Assembly (NCBI GenBank): GCA_965242965.1
Contig: OZ251518.1
Span: 4,896,001-4,960,000 of the forward strand
Direction of reading: 5' to 3'
Origin: Candidatus Poribacteria bacterium
GTDB taxonomy: Bacteria; Poribacteria; WGA-4E; WGA-3G
Length of the DNA stretch: 64,000 nt
Shown in pieces: positions 30,801 to 40,165 of this stretch. The notes under the pieces are model-generated. The model made no database searches, was not told the origin of the DNA, and worked only from the letters and a program-made list of their open reading frames with translations. Both the position numbers and the translations under genes were made by a program. Every line of letters begins with the position of its first letter. The first letter of the stretch is position 1.

Positions 30801-31055
30801 TGCGTCCAGCACATCGCCGCCGAGGGTTTTTCGGAGTGTGGTTGCGCGTTCGTCAAGTTCTTGGCGTGCGGCTTCGGCACCGGCGTTCTGGTCAAGTGCG
30901 GCGTTGACGCGCGCTGGGAGTTCGTCGTTGATGAACGTCTCAAACTGCGCGCGTCGGAAGTTGATGATGCGGTATATGCCGAAATCCAGGTCTGCCGCGT
31001 CGGCGCGGAAGAGGGAGTGGAGTAGGGTTTGTAGTTTTTGTTGTGATTCTTGCAT
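27800..31055 (-). pseudogene. mod: Type III R-M methyltransferase (Mod), split by a 1-nt frameshift at a G8 tract (phase-variable OFF state or sequencing error)
   Basis: N-part 30009-31055 (DLDFGIYRI, LHWANREQYY, DFFIHKDL); C-part 27800-29923 (IYIDPPYN, LDYFGGSGTT). Removing one G from the tract (plus-strand C8 at 30031-30038) joins them into a 1084-aa ORF. Confidence 0.8.
29924..30012 (-). repeat. Three 33-bp-period REP copies inside mod
   Basis: GTAGGAGAGACCTCCCGGTCTC three times on the minus strand. Confidence 0.92.
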
Positions 31056-31123
31056 ATCGTGGCTCCTTTTCGGGCGGATAGAGACATCCGCCCGGACAGA
31101 GGAGATATAGACATCGGATGCCC

Positions 31124-32605
31124 TTACGGTTGCAACGCAATGCTGGAAAACCTATAAAAAATGTCCAGAAATCCGATGACCACCGTTGGCACGACGAAGA
31201 CGCTCAGCAGCGCAAAAGTGCCAGTGGAAAACGCGACGCGTTCGGTTTCCGCGTCCTCCGCGCTCTCCAGATACATCGCCTTAACGATGCGAGCGTAGTA
31301 GTAAAGCGATACCACGCTGTTGAGCAAGCCGACAAATGCGAGCCAATACAACCCTTTGTCAATGACAGCGGTGAACAACAGCCACTTGCCGAAAAATCCG
31401 GCGAACGGCGGAATGCCGGTAAGCGAGAAGAGGAAAATCGCCATGGCACCGGCAACGAGCGGCGCGCGCGAGGACAGCCCACGATACCCATCAATCATCT
31501 CACTCCCCACCTCGTTGGCAATCAGCACGACGACGTAGAACGCGCCGAGGTTCATAAAGAGATAGACGACGAGGTAGAAGAGAATCGCACCGATGCCTTC
31601 TGACGTGAGAAGCACGCCGCCCATGAGCAGATAACCGCCGTGCGCGATGCTAGAATATGCGAGTAAGCGTTTGACATTCCGCTGTGGTAGCGCGGCGAGA
31701 TTACCCACGGTCATCGTTAACGCGGAAACGATGGCTAGCATCAGCGTCCAGTCAACGGATTGCATTACCTCTGAACTGCCAAACCCGGAATAGAAGAACC
31801 TGATGAACAGCGCGAATCCTGCCGACTTTGAGGCGACAGATAAGAACGCCGTTATCGGAATCGGCGCGCCTTCGTAAACATCGGGGGACCACATGTGAAA
31901 CGGCACCGAGGCGATTTTATAGCCGACACCCGCCAAAATAAAGGTTATTGAAACCAGCACGGCGAGCGGATATACGTCGCCAGTGTTGAACATCTCGGTG
32001 AGTTTCACGCTAATTTGCCCGAGGTCCCCCGTGCCAGTCATGCCGAACAGCAGGGAGAGCCCGAATAGCATCGTCCCGGAGGCTACCGCGCCGTAGGTAA
32101 TGTATTTGAACGCCGCCTCGCTTGAACGCGGGCTATGCGTCAAAAACCCGGCGAGGATATAGGAGGTAAGACTCACCGTTTCCAACGAGATGAATATCAT
32201 CAACAGGTTCGTTGAGGATGCCATCAGGAACATGCCGAGGGTGACAGCGAGCAGCAGCGCGTAGTATTCGCCTTTCAACCGTGCATCCAACTCTTCGGAA
32301 CGCAGTGAGAAAAGAATCGTCGCCGTCGTTGCTAACAAGAGGATAATCTTGAAGAAAATCGCGAATCTATCCAGCCGAATCATCCCGAGAAACAGCGAGA
32401 TGGATTCGTTATCACCGAGTAAAGCGTGCGTGAAAAGCACCGCGCCGAAGACGCAGGCTACACCTACCAGCGAGAGATACGCAACGGCGATACTCTCCCT
32501 ATTTTTCACCACCAGATCGAGGATAATGACGGCGGCGGCGAACACCACCAGCAGTATCTCCGGCGTAAAATAGAGTAGGCTTTCGATATTTTTTAAGGGT
32601 CCCAC
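31124..32605 (-). CDS. nuoN: NADH-quinone oxidoreductase subunit N
   Basis: EAAFKY, VPFHMWSPDVYEGAP, KRLLAYSSIAHGGY; operon position. Confidence 0.95.
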   Translation of the reverse strand: MGPLKNIESLLYFTPEILLVVFAAAVIILDLVVKNRESIAVAYLSLVGVACVFGAVLFTHALLGDNESISLFLGMIRLDRFAIFFKIILLLATTATILFSLRSEELDARLKGEYYALLLAVTLGMFLMASSTNLLMIFISLETVSLTSYILAGFLTHSPRSSEAAFKYITYGAVASGTMLFGLSLLFGMTGTGDLGQISVKLTEMFNTGDVYPLAVLVSITFILAGVGYKIASVPFHMWSPDVYEGAPIPITAFLSVASKSAGFALFIRFFYSGFGSSEVMQSVDWTLMLAIVSALTMTVGNLAALPQRNVKRLLAYSSIAHGGYLLMGGVLLTSEGIGAILFYLVVYLFMNLGAFYVVVLIANEVGSEMIDGYRGLSSRAPLVAGAMAIFLFSLTGIPPFAGFFGKWLLFTAVIDKGLYWLAFVGLLNSVVSLYYYARIVKAMYLESAEDAETERVAFSTGTFALLSVFVVPTVVIGFLDIFYRFSSIALQP

Positions 32606-32614
32606 ACCGTCCTC

Positions 32615-34138
32615 CTATTGTAGATTCGCCAGCGCGTTCACTGTATCAACCAGTTTCGTCACGGATTCGCTGAACATCTCAATCGCGAAACCGGGCCAGA
32701 TACCGAGGACAATCGTCAAAATGCCGAGCGGCACCAGCGTCAAGATTTCGCGTCCATTAATTTCCGGGAGTGCCTCATATTTGGGGTTGAGTTTCCCTAA
32801 GAAGACGCGCTGGAGCGTCCAGAGGAAATACGCAGCCCCGACAACGATGCCGATTGTCGACAAAATCGTCAACATCTTAAATTTGTCGTAAGCCCCGAGC
32901 AGGGAGAGTGCTTCTCCGACAAACCCGCTGAGCCCCGGCAATCCCAAAGATGCCATAAACGCCAGCGTCGTGATGCCCGTATAGATAGGCATTCTGCTCC
33001 CCAAACCGCCGAAACCGTTAATCTCGCGGTGATGTGCCCTATCGTAAAGCACGCCGACGAGCAGGAAGAGCATCGCGCTGATGACACCGTGGTTAAACAT
33101 CTGCAGAATCGCACCGGTTACCCCAGCTTCGTTCCGGGCAGAGAGTCCCAGGATGACGAAACCCATGTGTCCGATGCTGGAATACGCTACCAATTTCTTA
33201 AAATCAGTTTGCGCGAGCGCGCAGAATGAACCGTAAACGATATTAATGAAACCCAGCAGCGCGAGGCTGTTCCCCCATGGGCCAAGTCCATTGCAGAAAA
33301 AGTCCATGCCTTGTGGGAGCATCGCCATGTTCACCCGCACTAACCCGTAAGTTCCCATTTTGAGCAGGATGCCTGCGAGGATAACGCTAATTGCTGTCGG
33401 TGCTTCGACGTGCGCATCAGGGAGCCACGTGTGGAAGGGGAAAATCGGCACTTTCACGGCGAATCCGATGAAGAAGCCGAGGAATACCCAGATTTGGAAG
33501 TTCAAATCGGCGAGTGCGTGTCCACTCGTGGATGCGAGCACGATAAGCCGCGGAATGTCAAACGTTCTCTCACCCGCGGCCCCGCTGTTGAGGTAGACAG
33601 CTATCATCGCAACCAGCATAAGCACACTGCCGAAGAGCGTATAGAGGAAGAACTTGATAGCGGCGTATTCGCGGCGCGGTCCGCCCCAAACGCCGATGAG
33701 GAAATACATCGGCAGCAGCGTCAGCTCAAAGAAGACATAGAAAAGAAACAGATCCAGCGCGGCGAAAAAGCCGAGCATCCCTGTCTCTAGGAGTAGGAAC
33801 AACGCCATATACGCCTTAAGCCCCTTTTCTATGTTCCGCCACGAGGCGAGCACACAGATGGGGCCGAGGAGCGCAGTCAGGAGCAAGAGTGTGACGCTGA
33901 GCCCGTCAATACCGATGTGGTAACGGATATTGAACGCCGCTATCCATGCGATATCTAATTCATACTGCGTTCCGGCACTGCCCCTATCGTAGGATACGAA
34001 TAGGTAGACAGCGAGCAGGAGCGGCACGCACGTGAAAAACAGCGTGACACGTTTGATTAACTCCTCCGACTCGCGCGGCAGAAGTAAAACGGCAATCATC
34101 CCGAGCAACGGGATAAAAATCATTAGGGACAATAACAT
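32615..34138 (-). CDS. nuoM: NADH-quinone oxidoreductase subunit M
   Basis: KVPIFPFHTWLPDAHVEAP, LKMGTYG, KKLVAYSS. Confidence 0.95.
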   Translation of the reverse strand: MLLSLMIFIPLLGMIAVLLLPRESEELIKRVTLFFTCVPLLLAVYLFVSYDRGSAGTQYELDIAWIAAFNIRYHIGIDGLSVTLLLLTALLGPICVLASWRNIEKGLKAYMALFLLLETGMLGFFAALDLFLFYVFFELTLLPMYFLIGVWGGPRREYAAIKFFLYTLFGSVLMLVAMIAVYLNSGAAGERTFDIPRLIVLASTSGHALADLNFQIWVFLGFFIGFAVKVPIFPFHTWLPDAHVEAPTAISVILAGILLKMGTYGLVRVNMAMLPQGMDFFCNGLGPWGNSLALLGFINIVYGSFCALAQTDFKKLVAYSSIGHMGFVILGLSARNEAGVTGAILQMFNHGVISAMLFLLVGVLYDRAHHREINGFGGLGSRMPIYTGITTLAFMASLGLPGLSGFVGEALSLLGAYDKFKMLTILSTIGIVVGAAYFLWTLQRVFLGKLNPKYEALPEINGREILTLVPLGILTIVLGIWPGFAIEMFSESVTKLVDTVNALANLQ

Positions 34139-34263
34139 CTAGTGGGAATCCTCCTTATCCCATCATCGGGAAATCAGATAGAGTATAGAGAGCAAGGCTC
34201 CAGCAAAAGAACGGTGCGAAAATTTGAATGATTAACGACATCGGAGCCATCCTTACCCGAAAC

Positions 34264-36516
34264 CTATAAAGCCCGGAAAACTAAGATTAACACGACAAGC
34301 CCGGCGAGGACGACGAGCAAATAAGTCTGAATCGCCCCTGTCTGAATTCGGCGAATTCTGCCCCCGATTGCCCATGTAACCTGCGCGACGCGGTTGACAA
34401 GTCCGTCAACCACGCGGCTATCAAAAAATCCGGTGAAAGCGGCGAGTCCATCGCGCGTCACTCGTCCGACTCCGTTGACGATGCCGTCGACAACGCTGCT
34501 ATCAAATTGCGCGAAAAGCCGCGCCTTCCACACCGTGAGTGCTACCAGCACGCCGTTGTAGAACTCGTCAAAGTAGTATTTGTTCCAAAAGAGGTTGTAG
34601 AGCGGCCGGAACCTCGATGCAACTAATTCAGCGGAGAGGGTGCGTTTGTGGTAAAATAGCCACGAAAGCAGTATCCCTAACCCCGCGACAATGATAGAGA
34701 GCACCATTGCTATTGTATGCGCGGGACCGTGCCCGTGATGCCCTGCATCGCCGTGCGTGTCGTGCGCGCCATCTTCCTCAGCAGCAACCGCTTCGGATAC
34801 GCCGAATAGAGAAAACGTGCCTTTGCTATCCGGCGTGTTTTGGAGACGCGCGATGCCATCGTTAGTTGGCAAGCTTTGCAAACCTGCGTGCGCCGGTGCA
34901 TGGACATGCGGCTGTTTCGGCGGCGTAACGTAAGCATCGTTAAACCAAAGCACATTCACAACCGGAAAACTGAGCACTGCTAAGACGAGAAGCGGCACCG
35001 TCATTGACTTCGGAGATTCGTGTGCCATGTCGTGCATCTCTTGATTGCGCGGTTCCCCGAAAAACGTCATCAAAATGAGGCGGAACATATAGAACGCCGT
35101 AACCCCCGCGGCGCAGAGTGCCATGCCGAAGAGGACGTAGTGATGCACGGAGTTCCACTCCATCGCGCGTCCCAGCACGCCGCCTAAAATCGCATCTTTG
35201 CTCCAGAACCCGGAGAAGATGAACGGCACCCCGGAAATGGACAACGTAGCGATGAGCATCGTAGCGAACGTTATCGGCATTTTATGGCGGAGCCCCCCCA
35301 TGTTCCGCATATCCTGGTCTGGGGGAATTTCGGAACCGTGGGCATGAACTAACGCGTGAGAATGTTCTTCTTCGTGTTCGTGTTCTTCGTGTCCATGTGA
35401 GTCATGTTCGTCGTGGCTGTGCGCGTGCATCGCATGAAAGGCGTGAATGACGCTTCCAGAACCGAGGAACAGCAATGCCTTGAAAAACGCGTGCGTGGTG
35501 AGGTGAAAAAGTCCAGCCACATAACTGCCCACGCCAATTCCAAGCATCATATAACCGAGTTGGCTGATTGTGGAATACGCCAGCACCCGCTTAATGTCAA
35601 ACCGGACGATGGCAATCGTCGCCGCCACCAGCGCGGTAATGCCGCCGATATAGGCAATGGCAAGCGACGAGGTTTCCGTCAAAATCGGGAACATCCGCGC
35701 GGTGAGGTAAACGCCAGCGGCTACCATCGTAGCAGCATGGATAAGCGCGCTCACCGGAGTCGGGCCTTCCATTGCATCGGGGAGCCAAGTGTGCAACGGC
35801 ATCTGTGCGGATTTCCCGATAGCACCACAAAAGATGAGGACACCGGCGATGGAGAGCCATACCATGTCACCCGTGTTTAAACCAGCGGCTTGCGCGAAGA
35901 TGCCCTCTTCGCCGTAGAGTGCAAGCGTGTCGAATTTGGTAAAGAGCATCATCATGCCGATGAACATGCCAATATCGCCGACACGCGTCGTCAAAAACGC
36001 TTTTTTACACGCATTCGCCGCGGAATCCTTCTCGAACCAGAAGCCGATGAGCAGATAGGAGCAAAGCCCCACCAACTCCCAGCCGATGTAAATGCCGAGG
36101 AGGTTATCCGAGACAACGAGGAACAACATCGAAAACGAGAAGAGCGAGAGGAAGGCGAAAAACCGCGGATACCTCGGGTCGCCGTGCATGTAGCCCATCG
36201 AGAAAATGTGGACGAGGCTACTTACCAGCGTAACAACAATCAGCATGATGGCCGTGACGCTGTCAAGGTAAAACCCCATAGAAAAACTGACGTTCCCGAT
36301 GGCAATCCACTCGACTGTTTGCGGCGATGGATTCGGAACGACGTGTTGCAAGAGCAGGAGCGAACAGCCGAGCGCGATGAGCATCGCCGCTGTGGACAGA
36401 TAGTCCTGCCTCGGCACGCGCCGTTTCGCCAGTGACATGAGCCCGAAAACGGCGAACGCGGCGAGTGGGCAGAGTAAGATGAAACTGATTAACGGGACAA
36501 CCATGTTTGCTGTCAT
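34264..36516 (-). CDS. nuoL: NADH-quinone oxidoreductase subunit L, with His-rich loops
   Basis: GKSAQMPLHTWLPDAMEGPTPVSALIHAATMV, HAFFKALLFL. Confidence 0.95.
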   Translation of the reverse strand: MTANMVVPLISFILLCPLAAFAVFGLMSLAKRRVPRQDYLSTAAMLIALGCSLLLLQHVVPNPSPQTVEWIAIGNVSFSMGFYLDSVTAIMLIVVTLVSSLVHIFSMGYMHGDPRYPRFFAFLSLFSFSMLFLVVSDNLLGIYIGWELVGLCSYLLIGFWFEKDSAANACKKAFLTTRVGDIGMFIGMMMLFTKFDTLALYGEEGIFAQAAGLNTGDMVWLSIAGVLIFCGAIGKSAQMPLHTWLPDAMEGPTPVSALIHAATMVAAGVYLTARMFPILTETSSLAIAYIGGITALVAATIAIVRFDIKRVLAYSTISQLGYMMLGIGVGSYVAGLFHLTTHAFFKALLFLGSGSVIHAFHAMHAHSHDEHDSHGHEEHEHEEEHSHALVHAHGSEIPPDQDMRNMGGLRHKMPITFATMLIATLSISGVPFIFSGFWSKDAILGGVLGRAMEWNSVHHYVLFGMALCAAGVTAFYMFRLILMTFFGEPRNQEMHDMAHESPKSMTVPLLVLAVLSFPVVNVLWFNDAYVTPPKQPHVHAPAHAGLQSLPTNDGIARLQNTPDSKGTFSLFGVSEAVAAEEDGAHDTHGDAGHHGHGPAHTIAMVLSIIVAGLGILLSWLFYHKRTLSAELVASRFRPLYNLFWNKYYFDEFYNGVLVALTVWKARLFAQFDSSVVDGIVNGVGRVTRDGLAAFTGFFDSRVVDGLVNRVAQVTWAIGGRIRRIQTGAIQTYLLVVLAGLVVLILVFRAL

Positions 36517-36528
36517 ATTTTCTGTATC

Positions 36529-36837
36529 CTATCCTTTTAAGGTATCCACCTCGTTGGGGCGAATGCTACCGAATTCGCGGTAGATGGCGAGGATAATCGC
36601 GAGGAAGACCGCGGCTTCTGCAGCGGCAAGCACGATGCCAAAAATGGCGATTATCTGTCCATCAATGTTTTCCGGCGGCGTGACGAAGCGCGAGAACGCC
36701 GCAAAGTTCAGATTGCACGAATTGAGAATGAGCTCGATGCCCATCAAAATGCTGATGGCGTTCCGGCGCGTCAACACGGCGAAAATGCCGAGCGTGAACA
36801 GAATCGCACTGATGACGAGATAGTTTTGTAAGGACAT
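36529..36837 (-). CDS. nuoK: NADH-quinone oxidoreductase subunit K
   Basis: RRNAISILMGIELILN, AAAEAAV. Confidence 0.95.
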   Translation of the reverse strand: MSLQNYLVISAILFTLGIFAVLTRRNAISILMGIELILNSCNLNFAAFSRFVTPPENIDGQIIAIFGIVLAAAEAAVFLAIILAIYREFGSIRPNEVDTLKG

Positions 36838-36864
36838 ATTTTTTAGAGACTCCGTGAAGCGCGC

Positions 36865-37383
36865 CTAGTCTCGCACCTCTTTTCGTGAGATGAGTGCCGC
36901 GCCAATTAACGCTACCAGCAGTAACACCGAGACTACCTCAAACGGCAACAAGAACTGCCCATTCAAAATCAGCGTCCCGATACGTTCCGTAGTCGGTTGA
37001 AGCTGCTCGCCTTCATCAACGATGTTCTTCCATTGCGGCGTATTGGCGATGGTAGTCAGGAGCAGCATGAGCAGCGCGAGGGAGATCACGCCGCCTAATA
37101 GCAGCTGCCCGCGCTCAATATGGATGCGCATTTCCAACCGGCCGCTCGTCATCATCACGCCGAACAAGATGAGGACAAGAATGCCGCCGACATAGACAAT
37201 CACCTGTGTGGCGGCGAGGAAATCTGCCTGCAGAAAAACGTAAAGTCCGGCGACACCGAAAAGCGTCACCATCAGTGAAAACGCCGCGTGGACGATATTC
37301 CGCACCGTGACAACCACGATACCCGATGTAACCGTCAACAGCGCGAAGCCGTAAAAAATTAACGATTTAAGTGTGAATTCCAT
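36865..37383 (-). CDS. nuoJ: NADH-quinone oxidoreductase subunit J
   Basis: QVIVYVGGILVLILF, LPFEVVSVLLLVALIGA. Confidence 0.95.
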   Translation of the reverse strand: MEFTLKSLIFYGFALLTVTSGIVVVTVRNIVHAAFSLMVTLFGVAGLYVFLQADFLAATQVIVYVGGILVLILFGVMMTSGRLEMRIHIERGQLLLGGVISLALLMLLLTTIANTPQWKNIVDEGEQLQPTTERIGTLILNGQFLLPFEVVSVLLLVALIGAALISRKEVRD

Positions 37384-37386
37384 TTT

Positions 37387-38103
37387 TTACCCTGCTGCTG
37401 CCGGCTCCTCCGCCTCTTCCTCGCCGTACATCTCCTGCTTGGCAAAGGGGAAGATGAGCTCCGTCCGGTCGAACTTGGAATACTCAACGCCTTCCAGCGA
37501 ATCCTTCATCGTGAGGCACTCTGTCGGACATACCTCGGTGCAAAGCCCGCAATACATGCAGATAGACATGTCAATGTCAAACTTGTCAAGGTAGAAAACG
37601 ACTTTGTTTCGGGTGACGATCCGCGAGACTTCGTCGCTTGAAAACGTTTGCGTGCGGGCAGCGTCTTCCGATGCTTCAAGCCGGTCGGCGACAACCTGCG
37701 GCCCTTGGCGCGAGGTGAGGTTCGTAACGGTGAACGATTCGCCCGGCTTCACCTTCTCGCTGCCTTCAATGATGCCGATGATTTCGCGTCCATCTTTGAA
37801 ATGCACGACGTTCATGCTATCCCAAAGCTGCTCGCCTTTCGGCAGTTTTGTGGCGGTAATCGTGATGCAATCGACAGGACAAATCATCTCGCATTTTTTG
37901 CACCCGATGCAATCCTCAACGCGGTTATAGAGCTGCCCGCGATACCCTTTCGGAATCTCTCGGACGTTCCGCTTCTTTTCATAATCGCGTTCATACGGGT
38001 ATTGATGCGTCACTTCCGGCTCGAAGAACTGCCGAATTGTCACCCGCATCCCGACGAGCACCGTCCAAACGCCTCTATAAATGTTTCGTACGTATTTCTG
38101 CAT
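37387..38103 (-). CDS. nuoI: NADH-quinone oxidoreductase subunit I (2x4Fe-4S) with a large internal insertion
   Basis: VTHQYPYE, CIGCKKCEMICP and CMYCGLCTEVCP; start at MQKY after AAGGAGG. Confidence 0.9.
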   Translation of the reverse strand: MQKYVRNIYRGVWTVLVGMRVTIRQFFEPEVTHQYPYERDYEKKRNVREIPKGYRGQLYNRVEDCIGCKKCEMICPVDCITITATKLPKGEQLWDSMNVVHFKDGREIIGIIEGSEKVKPGESFTVTNLTSRQGPQVVADRLEASEDAARTQTFSSDEVSRIVTRNKVVFYLDKFDIDMSICMYCGLCTEVCPTECLTMKDSLEGVEYSKFDRTELIFPFAKQEMYGEEEAEEPAAAG

Positions 38104-38139
38104 GACGAAATCCTCCTTACGATGAAAAAACACTTCCCT

Positions 38140-38462
38140 TTCACGTAGGGCGAGGGCCCTCGGATGCCACACGCGCATCCGAGCGGGTTTCCCTCGCCAT
38201 GCCATCCGCGCATGCGAGCGGGTTTCCCTCGCCATGCGTCTTGCTGTCAAACCGCATCCCCCCTGTAGTTCAGGATCGCCTGAAGCTCTGGCATGTTTGC
38301 CAAGCGATCCTGACCCGTTCGGGTGCAGGCGCACCCGAACTACAGAGAGAGTGCCCTGTAGCTCAGGATCGCCTGATCCTGATCCGTTCGGGTGCAGGCG
38401 CACCCGAACTACAGAGGTGGGCCTGATGGATCTCCGGTAGGAGGGACATCCCTGTCCCGATA
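38140..38462. repeat. REP-like cluster inside the nuo operon (nuoH-nuoI gap)
   Basis: GTAGGGCGAGGG-expanded hairpin, GTAG(T/C)TCAGGATCGCCTGA and GTAGGAGGGACATCCCTGTCCCG copies. Confidence 0.85.
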
Positions 38463-38506
38463 CACATCCCACCGGGCCATCGCCTACTTTCTGAATACCT
38501 CATGTC

Positions 38507-39769
38507 TTACGCAGAGCTTGGCTGCGCCTGCGGTTTCTGCCCTAGGTTTCTACCGATAAACACATACGCTTGGACAAGTCCGATTGAGATAATCGCGATG
38601 CTGATGCCCGTGCTGAGCGGGGTATCCTCTGGAAAGATGAGCCCCCAGATTCCCGTGCCTAGGATGTTAAAGAAGGCGAGAGGAATGAAGTATTTCCAGC
38701 ATAAATTCATCAGCTGATCGACCCGGAGGCGTGGGAGCGTCCAGCGCAGCCACATCATCAAGAAGACTAAGCCCATCGTTTTGATAACAAAACCGGGGAG
38801 CCCACCGAGGATGTCAAACCCGCCGCCGAAGACTGCCAAGTCGGGCAAAATGCCTTCCCAGCCGCCGAGGAAGAGCGTCACGGCAATCGCGCTCACAGCA
38901 AACATATTCGCATACTCGGCGATGAAGAAGAGCGCGAACCGCATGCCGCTATATTCCGTATGAAACCCGGCGACGATTTCCGACTCCGCCTCCGGCAAAT
39001 CAAACGGTGTCCGATTTACCTCGGCGATAGACGAAATGAAGAAGATAAAGAACGCGAAAAACGTAAACGGCGTGCGGAAAATGAGCCAATCCGAGATGCC
39101 CCCGGCTTGGTTCGCCACAATCGCCTCCATGCTCAAACTCTCAACGAGCATCACGACGGTGAGGATAGAGAGCCCGAGCGGGATTTCATAACTCACAATC
39201 TGTGCCGCCGAACGCAGCGAACCTAACAAGGACCACTTGCTATTCGAGGACCAGCCCGCCATAATCACACCCATGACTATCACGGACGAAATCGCCATGA
39301 TATAGAAGATGCCGATGTTAAAATTGCTGACGAGGATGTTCTGTCCGAACGGAATCCCGGCGAATACTGCAAACGAGCACCCGAAAATGACGTAAGGCGC
39401 GAGCAGAAAGAGGAGTCTATCGCCTTGCGGGGGGATGTAATCCTCTTTAAAGAGGAGTTTCACGCCATCTGCAAGCGTCTGCAGCAGTCCCCACGGTCCG
39501 ACCCGCATCGGTCCCGTGCGGTTTTGAAACCGGGCTGCAACTTTCCGTTCGGCGAGCACCAGCACCAGCGGTAGCAGCGGCACCACTGCCACGAAAATGC
39601 CTGCACATCCGAGCATGACAAGCACCATGCCGAGTTCTGCCGGAAGATGTGATGCCACGCTCTCTGGCAGCATCGGCATCAAAACGTCCCGGACGAACTT
39701 TTCCGCCCAATTACCGCTATCACCGGCGGCATCCTGAACAAAGAAACCTTGAGATAAAATGTCTGGCAT
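38507..39769 (-). CDS. nuoH: NADH-quinone oxidoreductase subunit H
   Basis: ERKVAARFQNRTGP, ADGVKLLFKED, RTPFDLPEAESE, LPRLRVDQL; GGAGG RBS. Confidence 0.95.
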   Translation of the reverse strand: MPDILSQGFFVQDAAGDSGNWAEKFVRDVLMPMLPESVASHLPAELGMVLVMLGCAGIFVAVVPLLPLVLVLAERKVAARFQNRTGPMRVGPWGLLQTLADGVKLLFKEDYIPPQGDRLLFLLAPYVIFGCSFAVFAGIPFGQNILVSNFNIGIFYIMAISSVIVMGVIMAGWSSNSKWSLLGSLRSAAQIVSYEIPLGLSILTVVMLVESLSMEAIVANQAGGISDWLIFRTPFTFFAFFIFFISSIAEVNRTPFDLPEAESEIVAGFHTEYSGMRFALFFIAEYANMFAVSAIAVTLFLGGWEGILPDLAVFGGGFDILGGLPGFVIKTMGLVFLMMWLRWTLPRLRVDQLMNLCWKYFIPLAFFNILGTGIWGLIFPEDTPLSTGISIAIISIGLVQAYVFIGRNLGQKPQAQPSSA

Positions 39770-39919
39770 CTGCCCTCCTGTAAACTTACGAAGACGACTC
39801 GGCAACGTTGTCGGCGTGCTTTTAATCTAGCAGGCCTTGTTACCTATTGATTTCAGTTCTCTTCGTTGAACTGATTAGCAACCCAAGCGGAAACCCTACA
39901 GTAATTATGGAAAAAACGT

Positions 39920-40125
39920 CTCCCCTTCACGTAGGGCGAGGGCCTGTCCCTCGCCATGCCACACGCGCATGCGAGCGGGTTCCCCTCGCCATGCGTTTGG
40001 CTATCAAACCTCATCACCCCTGTAGGGCAGGACCGTCTGAAGCTCTGGCATGTTTGCCAAGCGATCCTGACCTGTTCGGGAGCGGGCGCTCCCGAACTAC
40101 AGAGGTGGGCCCGATGCCTGCCGGT
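39920..40125. repeat. REP-like composite element (nuoD-nuoH gap)
   Basis: Same composite as at 325-470 and 41690-41870. Confidence 0.85.
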
Positions 40126-40165
40126 GTTCGCCCGCTTTTCATCGCAAACTTAAACCGCGAAAAGT

